Shown: piece after piece, positions 51,806 to 64,000 of the stretch | Layout of the letters: every line of letters begins with the position of its first letter | How positions within the stretch are numbered: the stretch's first letter is position 1 | NCBI GenBank assembly: GCA_010909165.1 | Contig: MU008161.1 | Span: 1,612,001 to 1,676,000 of the forward strand | Length of the DNA: 64,000 bases | From: Anthoceros angustus | Taxonomy: Eukaryota > Plantae > Anthocerotophyta | Reading direction: 5' to 3' | Program-made: the position numbers and the translations under genes | The notes under the pieces: generated by a model | What the model was told of the DNA's origin: nothing | The model's database searches: none | Seen by the model: only the letters and a program-made list of their open reading frames with translations

Positions 51806-52448
51806 TGTGCAAGGATAAGAACGAAATAACAAGGAGATGTTTTGTGTGGTGTGAATGAAGCTTTCTATTCGATAGCAAGGGACCTCTGCAACAACGCCTC
51901 TTGGAGCCAACGGTGCATAGGATTCCAGAGGGCATCCCGAGTTTAAAGTAGGGCCAACTTTAGAAAAGGACTCCGCTACAAATAGCGGCCATTGTAAGTC
52001 GGGAAGGGGCATTCAAGAATGGACGGACGGAGTCCCTTGCTCATGAGCTTCTAAGCTCCTGTGCCTTGACCCTATCAGCATTCTAGCTTGGTAGTTCTTT
52101 GTGTGTTCGAGTCATATGCTTTGTGTTCTCCGAGGGACTTGATTGTCGATACCGTGCCGCAATTCCATCTATGTATGTATGGTGTGACCCGTGAGCGCAA
52201 AGACTAGGCCACATCAAGCCGTGGACGCCTCCCCGGCCACACGGTGACATCAGAAGGCAAGCCACAACTTCCCCATAGTCGACTAACACGCCCGCCTGGC
52301 CCCGACATATGAAGAGGTCATTCGTCACCGCGCTCAATAGGAAAGTCCATAGGAGCATCTCAGAATGTGCGAGACTGGTTACAAGTAGAAGGGTAGGGAT
52401 CTCCCTCTTGGGGTGGGCTGCTACCTCAAGGAAACAGAGTATTTAACA
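51806..52448 (+). repeat. 3' LTR
   Basis: Direct repeat of 44026-44673. Confidence 0.95.
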
Positions 52449-52645
52449 GTCCCTTTGGCCATAGCTTGTTCCCCATTGTCTCGGGATAGATGGGATTTCC
52501 GATCTGTTTTTTTATATAAAGTCTCGACATTGCCAATTAAGTCTAGGTCTTCGGTGTGCGCTTTAGTGGTTCAGAACTTCATACTTCTAAGGACGGGCAT
52601 CGGTGTTGGACTGCTATTGTTGCGGCGGAGGCGAGATTGGTCGCA

Positions 52646-54505
<1,860 letters not shown>

Positions 54506-54719
54506 ATTAAGCATGTCCACCAGGCTGTTGGGTGCTCACAAACTCATGACGTGCTCCACCTCTAATTTTTCAGCTGGCCCCTCTTCTGTACTTTTTTCAA
54601 CCTATATGGTGAAGATTTGCTCAGCGAGAACTGGCTCTGGGCACTTCGCTGGCCTGCCGTCGTTTGCCACGCACAAATGTCATGGGATCGGGCACTCTAT
54701 GGTCATGCCTACTTCGTAT

Positions 54720-55010
54720 CAGGGCTTCAGTCCTGCCTCGATTCAGTCCCCGTTTCTGTAAAGGATAGACCGGGACAGGCGGTCGGTGAAGTTGCCAGTC
54801 CCGATCCCGGTACCTCGATCTTTCGGGGACTGACGCTCGTAGAGATTTATGAATCGTATAAATTATGTTTACGATCAATTATTAATGTAATTGCTTAATT
54901 TAAATTTCATAGTTTCTGGTTCATATTAGAAGAAATTTAATATGATTTCAACATACCGGAAGATACCGGTCCCCGGGACCGAAAGAGTAGCCAGTCAAAA
55001 TGGACCCCTG
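54720..55010. mobile_element. hAT-like MITE (copy 1)
   Basis: Same element as 62869-63161. Confidence 0.6.
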
Positions 55011-55045
55011 CTTGAACGACATGCCCTGCTGGGCATTCATGAGCC

Positions 55046-58000
55046 GCAACAATGAAGCCCGTGAACCATGTGCGGATCCCGCACACACTGTGTTATTGCA
55101 TGAACACACCATGTGTTAGCTGCGGGAGCATGGCCACATAGAGTGGAGATGTCCTAAGAACTCGCCAAGCAAAGAAGAGCCGAGGTCGAGGTGCACCACG
55201 AGGTCGTGGTCGGGTACCGCTCAAACCTATAGGCCGGACAACCGGGAAACCCCGCCGCCCACCGCGAAGAGGAGATTGTCGTCCGAGGAGTCTTCACCAA
55301 GCTTGCATGCCAACAAAGGCAACCATCGTGCGCTTCCGTGCTAGTCAGCGTAAGAAAACGCCTGTAATCCGACGCATGATCAAGACGAGGCGCACCTCCA
55401 TGGCGCCAGCCATACTCACTTGTGGAAGATCTTGCGATAGGAAGTAAAGATGACATTCAGATGTCGAATCCTCCCCGACGACGAGAGATCACCGCTGCCT
55501 TAAGTACTCGGGAGTTGAAGCACAAGAAGGGAAAGGCTAAGCTAAAAGGGGAAGTTGCCACAACATTGACGATAACTGGCAATCCTGACTCATCAAACCG
55601 ACCGATTGGATGGCTCCGCAAAAACGACTCACCGGCAGTAACGGCTTGGATCAATGAGGTCGAGGTCCCCGAAGCCGTCGTGGATGGAGGGTCATCTACG
55701 AACTTGATCAATGCTGCTTGGCTCGAAGATCTTGGTCTAGGTACCACCCGCAAACTAGCATGTAAGCAAGTCTTGAGATGCGCCCAATACAAAGCTCCTG
55801 TGGTGGGGTCCCCGGAAAACATCAAGGTTGTTGTTCACGGAGTAAGAGTATGGATAGGTTTCACCGTGGAACTTCCCGAGCCGGGCATATGGTGTCATCC
55901 TAGGCCAACCATGGTTAGAGTTAGTGAAAGCCGATCACCACCGGATAGAATTTGGAAATTGCCCGCCAACAAGACCGGGTTCGAGATCAAGGCATGGCAG
56001 AGTTCAACATGACAAGTAGCACCTCAAACAGGATCCAAGCCTGTATGGTGACAAGTGGTTCGGACCAGAGGTGGATTTCACCAGAGCATTCAACAAAGGA
56101 ACGAGACACTCCACATCCTATCCATTCGATTGGCCAAGATAAGCTCAAACTCGTGACACAAAGATCCAAAGATCCCGACTTGAAGGAATTGAAGTTTTGG
56201 AGCCAACGGTGTCGAGAAGGTTGCCAAAGTTGGTACGGACATAGAAGGAGAGGAACTACATAGAATCTTTTCTCCGAGATATGAACATTTGTTCATCCAT
56301 AAGAAATGCCAACTACGAACCTACGCAAGTTCAAAATCGATATCCCCGCAGTACAAAACCAAGGGTGCAGAACCGAGACGGTTGTCACCGAATGCAGGAG
56401 GTACGGAAGAAGTAATGAGGTTGAAAGCTGGATGCATAGAAGCGGTGCAATATCCGAGTGGGTATCCCGATAGTAATGAAGAAGAATGGGAAAATTAGGA
56501 TGTGTCGACTTTGGAGTTAAACAAAGCTACGAGGAAGGATGATTTCCCTTCCTCATGTGGATGATGAGATCTTGGATGAGGTTTCGGTCACGAGACATAC
56601 TCTTTCTGCGATGGTTATTCGATTTCATCAGTCGCTATCTGTGAAGAAGATCAGCCAAGATCGCTTTTGTGACACCATGGGGTGTGTTCATGTACAAGGT
56701 AATGCCTTCGGCCTTTGCAATGCGCCATCTTGTTTTCGTGGAAGTCATGATGGAGGCTCGGCACCACAAGAGGAAGTTCCTACGTGTCTTCTTAGATGAC
56801 TTTGCCGTGTATGGGAGAAGAGTCGATCATCCAGAAACTTGGAGGAAGTGTTCTCTGTCGACCTAGCAAATATCGGGTTAAATCCTTGAAGTGCATATTT
56901 GTCACATCAAGGGGAACTTTTGGGGTTCATGATTGATTCCAAAGGTGTACATGCAGCCCCGGAAGATCAAGAAGTTTCGCCAAGGCCCACCGGTTAGCAT
57001 AGAGGAAGTAAGATCATTTGTACAGCAGCAAGTTACTACAGAGGTTAATACCCAATTTCACAGGTAGCAAGACCTGCATAAATCCACGCAAGAATCGAAC
57101 TGGTATGGGATGAACCAATGATGGAATCCTACGAGCGTTACAAAATTTAATGGTGTCACCCAGTCATGAAACCACCGATTGGTCAAGGACATTCTATGTG
57201 AGTGTGGAAGTAACAAGAGCATCTGAATACAACTTATTCCAGGATGATGAGACTAAGTCAGACCGCCAATATACTTTGCGTAGGCTTATGACCGGATGTG
57301 AGACTAGGTACAATGCGTTTGAGCAAGTGACGGCAGGAATGGTTGCGAACGAAGAAGTTCCACCATTACCGCATCGTGCAAATTCTTTTCCGGTTAGCCT
57401 ACATGCACGATACCGATGATGATACCCAATCCCACCGGACGATTTGCAAAATGGGTATGTATACTCTCGGATATGACTTTGAAGTCCGGATCAAGTCACT
57501 AAAATTTAGACAGCTTGGAGGCGGGGCACGTGGATATGCATGCAAGGGCATCGATTCAGCCTTCAAGGTCGGTCGAGCAAATGGAGGAAGCCACTCTCAC
57601 GTGCCAAGTCGTAGGAGAAAGAAAGAAGGCGATGAAGAGGAAGCAAAAGGTAACCCAACCTTGCACTTTAATGACCCATCTGCATTGAGTGACACATGGA
57701 AATTGTGGACCGATGGAGTCAGCGCATGGCCGGCTGGAGTAGGTGTGCCGATGGCCCCGATGCAAAGGAAACCGTGAAGGAAAGCTTTGCGATTCCTTTA
57801 GCTACTAACAACGAGGCGGAGTACCGCTTTCCTACATGGTTTAAAGCTAGCGATGATAGGGGAGTGCGATTCAATGCTTTCGCGGATAGCCAACTACTTG
57901 TCAAGCTTGCATGGAACATATGAAGCGAGGAATTTGAGAGCTCTTCACCAGTGCCCGGAGCTAATGCGAAGTTTGAAGCAAAGTGTCCTTGACACATGTG

Positions 58001-61000
58001 CCACGACAAAGGAACGAGCTTCTGACCGCCAAATTAGCTTTGAAGGAGGAACAAACCACCGCCCGGCGGTTCACAAGCCATGTCTCTAAGAATTGCGCGG
58101 CAGAGTTGCTGCGGCGCTGGATGAGTATGAGGAAGAAGCCGGACGGACATCCGAGTGTGAACGAGCGGTGTTATTTGGCAACGCAGGATTGGCGCAATAG
58201 TGAGATCTCCCCGTGAGTGCGGATCTGCTCGATATCTAGGACCGTGGCCGCGTAACCACAAGGAGGGCCGCAATGGCGATCCCGGCAGGTTAGTGGAAGC
58301 AGCCAAGTGTGGAGCAAAGCGGTAATGATCAAGAGCCATGACTCGTGAATGTTGCTTGAGGTCCGAATTTCTGGCCAAGCTAGTAGTTGGCAACCCCCTT
58401 GATACAAATCGCAAGAGTTGTGGCGACAATGGATGGAGTGGGTTTTCTACACATCGACGAAGCTCAATATTAAGGCACATAAGTTGGCCGATGGTCTCGC
58501 AGGAATGCAAGGACGAACACAGTACCATATTCGAGCGATGGTCAGAAGATTGAAAACCCCGCAACCTTGTATGGACAAATCGCAGATTATCTCAAGGAAA
58601 GGAAAATGCCGGAAGGAGCCGATCCAAGCATGAAAAGGAAGTTACAATCTTGGTCGAAAGCATACACCATGATAGAAGGGAAGTTGTTTAGAATCGGTCC
58701 CGATAGGGTCCTACGCTTGTGTGTATGGGCGTCAGATACTCGCGATCCTTTTGAGATGCATGACTCGTGTGGTGGTCATTTTGATGCAACGCAATCGGGT
58801 CAAAAGATTCGAGGGCTGGTTTTTACCGGCCCACCTTGTTCAAGGATGTTCGTGAGTATTGCCGCAGTGTAGTCTCGCCAAAATTTGCTCAAGTGTCACC
58901 GGTGGTTTGTTGTGTCCAAAGGTTTCCTAGCGGTCCCTTTGTCAAGTGGGGTATTGATTGTATAGGTCCGATCAGCCCCAAAGGTCATTTCATGGCAATC
59001 GCTACATAGTAACGCGAATCGACTATGCTACCAAGTGGGTTGAAGTCGTCGCCGGCACTATCGAGAAATGGTAGGGAACTGCACTACCATCATGTGATCA
59101 CAAGGTTTGGATGTCCAGAGAGATAGTGTCGATCGAGGTCGAGTTTGTCAACGAGGTGGTTGAGAAAGTCATGTCCATGTTCTTTGTCAAGCATAGGTTA
59201 ACAACGGCCTATCATCCTATGGCTAATGGTCAAGTGAAAGCTCAAACAAGATAGCCATCAAAGTGTTGTCTAAACTTTGCCGTGATGAGCCACGCTGGGA
59301 TCAACACTGTGGTGCCCTCGGGCCATGCGAACCCGTGTTAAAACGGCCGGGAGTTTCCCTTCGAATTAGTTCACGAGTACCGCTAGGGTACCCTCTCAAG
59401 TCACTACGAACAAGAGGATTCGGCATCCCGGAGGCTATGTCTATGGAAGAAGATGCAAGGATTGTACATGAATTGGATGAGGTCAAGAGCAGCCTACCTC
59501 ACCATCAAGAAGAGAAACTCAAGCGAAAGAAAAGTATGATGAGGACGAAGGAGTTCGGTTTCTGTGGGAGAATGGGTCCTCGCAAACGTCCGCAGTATCT
59601 CAAAAGGGAGTGGGAGCGTTAGGGGGAAGGCCCATGGCTTGTCAAAAAGATACATGAGAATGGGTCAGTAGACGTGGTGAAACCGTCTGATCTGGAAGCT
59701 GCGGAGACGGTAAGTGGGTCTCACCTCAAGAAATTCTATTGCTGATAACACCGCCATGAGTAGCTGCGGTCCTGATTAGGATGCCTGCATACCATGATTA
59801 AAGGCATCTAACCTAAGCCAGCAGACTATTTTTAGGTGGGGATTAGACTTGGATAGGGTATGATGGGTGAATGAATGTGAGAATGTGATTGTTGGTAGCT
59901 CAACAAGTGGCCAATGGTGGCCAAGAGAACTACTTAAAGCTAGCAGAGTTGATGGGAGGTGTTGCATTACGACAGAATGGACTCCTTCCGCCTACTTATG
60001 ACCCTCACCGCAGAGGCCTCGTAGTAGGAAGGAAGTCATCCTGTCTCATATGCGGTGTGCACCATGAGTGGTGCCCGATAGAAGGTTTTGATGAGAGGCG
60101 CCTTGACTTGAGTCGATGGGTAGGTCCAATGCGTATATATGGACCCGGAGGTGTCATGAATGTTGGGAGGATCTTGGATGCACTTGTGGTCGCATCGGTG
60201 TGTCGGGGTAGAAGCTTGCAGTGGACGGTCAATGTTTCACGGAAAACCATCCAACCATGGGGAACTTCAAGCTTGGTTAGTCGATTTGCGTGTCACCCAA
60301 GGTCACCGAGTTCAATGATTGGTATTACTTGGTATATCCTTTGGCTCGGATCTTGAAGAAAGACTTAGCTTTTGGGAATGGTCATCTGCTCATGATGCTT
60401 CGGCGCTGCAATGCCTCCACGCCCGAGCCAACACTTATCCGAGTGGTAGATTTTGTCGACCAACACTGCATGCCTTGGAGCCTACATCGAGTCGATTGAA
60501 GAGGAGTCGAAAGACTTGATAGACCGCTTGGATTGATGCGGGATTTATATCAAAGTTGAAAGGTAATGCCGTGGATAAAGGTGGCCTTAATGACCAACCA
60601 TCGTGCATGAAGATGGAAGAACTTTCCGGTGGCTCTTGGGGTGAACAATACGATGCGGTGGTGTGGTGTAACGTGTGTGAAGTGTAACAGGATCATGGAG
60701 TCGTATGTAAAGAACACATCCTTGCCCTTCTTATCGTGGGAGCGAGCCCAGCGCCACGGGAGCCAATGTGCAAGGATAAGAACGAAATAACAAGGGAGAT
60801 GTTTTGTGTGGTGTGAATGAAGCTTTCTATTCGATAGGGACCTGCAACAACGCCTCTTGGAGCCAACGGCATAGGATTCCAGGGCATCCCGAGTTTAAAG
60901 TAGGGCCAACTTTAGAAAAGGACTCCGCTACAAATAGCGGCCATTGTAAGTCGGGAAGGGGCATTCAAGAATGGACGGACTGAGTCCCCTTGCTCATCGG

Positions 61001-61413
61001 AGCTTCTAAGCTCTTGTGCCTTGACCCTACCAAAGATTCTAGCTTGGTAGTTCTTTGTGTGTTCGAGTCATATGCTTTGTGTTCTCGAGGGACTTGATTG
61101 CCGATCACCGTGCCGCAATTCCATCTGTGTATGTATGTATGGTGCAGACCGTGAGCGCAAAGACTAGGCCACATCAAGCCGTGGACGCCTCCCCGGCCAC
61201 ACGGTGACATCAGAGCAAGCCACAACTTCCCCATAGTCGACTAACACGCCCGCCTGGCCCCGACATACAGAAGAGGTCATTCGTCACCAGTCTGCCGTTC
61301 AATAGGAAAGTCCATAGGAGCATCTCAGAATGTGCGAGACTGGTTACAAGTAGAAGGGTAGGGATCTCCCTCTTGGGGTGGGCTGCTACCTCAAGGAAAC
61401 AGAGTATTTAACA
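55046..61413 (+). mobile_element. Second, 5'-truncated, indel-rich copy of the Tat-type element (3' LTR 60767-61413)
   Basis: Colinear with ~45750-52448 and followed by the same downstream flank. Confidence 0.9.
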
Positions 61414-61607
61414 GTCCCTTTGGCCATAGCTTGTTCCCCATTGTCTCAGGATAGATGGGATTCCGATCTGTTTTTATATAAAGTCTCGACATTGCCAATT
61501 AAGTCTAGGTCTTCGGTGTGCGCTTTAGTGGTTCAGAACTTCATACTTCTAAGGACGGGCATCGGTGTTGGACTGCTATTGTTGCGGCGGAGGCGAGATT
61601 GGTCGCA

Positions 61608-62654
<1,047 letters not shown>

Positions 62655-62868
62655 ATTAAGCATGTCCACCAGGCTGTTGGGTGCTCACAAACTCATGACG
62701 TGCTCCACCTCTAATTTTTCAGCTGGCCCCTCTTCTGTACTTTTTTCAACCTATATGGTGAAGATTTGCTCAGCGAGAACTGGCTCTGGGCACTTCGCTG
62801 GCCTGCCGTCGTTTGCCACGCACAAATGTCATGGGATCGGGCACTCTATGGTCATGCCTACTTCGTAT

Positions 62869-63161
62869 CAGGGCTTCAGTCCTGCCTCGATTCCGGTCCC
62901 CGTTTCTGTAAAGGATAGACCGGGACAGGCGGTCGGTGAAGTTGCCAGTCCCGATCCCGGTACCTCGATCTTTCGGGGGACTGACGCTCGTAGAGATTTA
63001 TGAATCGTATAAATTATGTTTACGATCAATTATTAATGTAATTGCTTAATTTAAATTTCATAGTTTCTGGTTCATATTAGAAGAAATTTAATATGATTTC
63101 AACATACCGGAAGATACCGGTCCCCGGGACCGAAAGAGTAGCCGGTCAAAATGGACCCCTG
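62869..63161. mobile_element. hAT-like MITE, 293 bp
   Basis: Imperfect TIRs CAGGGCTTCAGT / CAGGGGTCCATT (rc); 8-bp flanks CTTCGTAT vs CTTCGAAC; subterminal CCGG/GGGAC motifs; AT-rich core. Confidence 0.65.
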
Positions 63162-64000
63162 CTTCGAACGACATGCCCTGCTGGGCATTCATGAGCCGTG
63201 GACCACATTTTTCACAACCAGTCCGTCAAACGTGAGCATCCATCAAGATGGCGCACGTCGAATACAAGACAACCACGCCACCACGACAAAAAATTTCAGG
63301 TTCAACACCGCAAGCCAGCACATTAGCATGCACCTGCTGCCCAGATTTTTAAGTCCGATCCACTTTCAGAAGGCCGATGGCACCAGTGTGCCAACCGCAT
63401 CATTCGCGCGAAGAATTGACGAAGTATCCCAGACCTTAGGGTCTGCAAACAGAAGAACGCAAAGGTTGTCAAGAGATAGGTAGAGGACGTCCATGGCCAA
63501 AACTGTCCACCTCATTCGCACCTCGTTCCTAGAATCCTTGATCCGCAGCAGTGAACAAGTTTTGGACGCTGATTAGGTCTCAGGAGACGATAGGTATTCA
63601 GACTTCCAAACCTGACTACAGCCCATGAGACTGGGGGCTACACTGGTAGGTGCAGCTACCTCATCACCCGAAGTATTTCGTCTTCATGGTGCAAAGGGAT
63701 ATCCCACACTGCTTTCGATGCAAGGATTCCACTGGCACCACAACCTGGAGTCTGGCGTGCGCAAACCGAAATATCTCATGACTCGCATCCTAACACCAGA
63801 CTTCTTGGTACGACAAAGCTTTGCAGGGAACCTGTCACGACTGTCAATATGTAATCTATTTCCCTTCTGGATTCTGGAAACTGGCAGTGCACTACATCCA
63901 GTTTGAGTTCTCCTGGTCGCAGGCATAGTCGACGTAACAAATGTAATACCCCCGTTGGTCTCCAAAACTCACCCAGTTTCCCCGGCACATGTCTTTGACT

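Larger units (their letters stand above)
44026..52448 (+). mobile_element. Full-length Ty3/Gypsy LTR retrotransposon, Tat-type (gag-PR-RT-RH-aRH-aRH'-INT + 3' ORF)
   Basis: Paired LTRs; two CCHC knuckles (45680 ORF); PR VDGGSSTNLI; RT RMCVDFRELN, MPFGLCNAP, FLDDF; archaeal RNase H WTDG..ATNNEAEY..DSQL; integrase ATDYATKWVEA, SDRGREF, HPMANGQAE; flanked by GTCC(C). Confidence 0.95.

Noticed and set aside
63366-64000. 3' end of a minus-strand gene
   Set aside because: Splice-like sites exist, but no consistent frame or recognisable product could be assembled.

Overview
Eukaryotic nuclear DNA from a land plant, most likely non-seed (inferred from short GT-AG introns, a PLS-class PPR relic and the retroelement types). 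Host genes: a spliced RimP/UPF0090-like gene running in from the left edge, an F-box/kelch-type gene (-), an orphan ORF, a complete 10-exon FREE1/FYVE1 gene (-), and RPL10 (uL16) twice, one copy intact and one scrambled. Much of the rest is transposon-derived: a decayed Copia split by a 5.9-kb unclassified insertion, a PIF/Harbinger transposase relic, two copies of a CRE-clade non-LTR retrotransposon with a restriction-like endonuclease, a full-length Tat-type Gypsy element (LTRs, PBS, PPT) plus a partial second copy, and MITEs. The most unusual items are (i) the CRE-type element and a dispersed 3' hairpin motif, (ii) the Gypsy element's two tandem archaeal-type RNase H domains and its 3' extra ORF resembling an RT thumb, and (iii) the 5.9-kb insertion. 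Dense 1-bp indels in 18-24 kb and 44-61 kb and microhomology-joined duplications suggest long-read consensus or assembly error there. All assignments are by eye from motifs; no searches were run.
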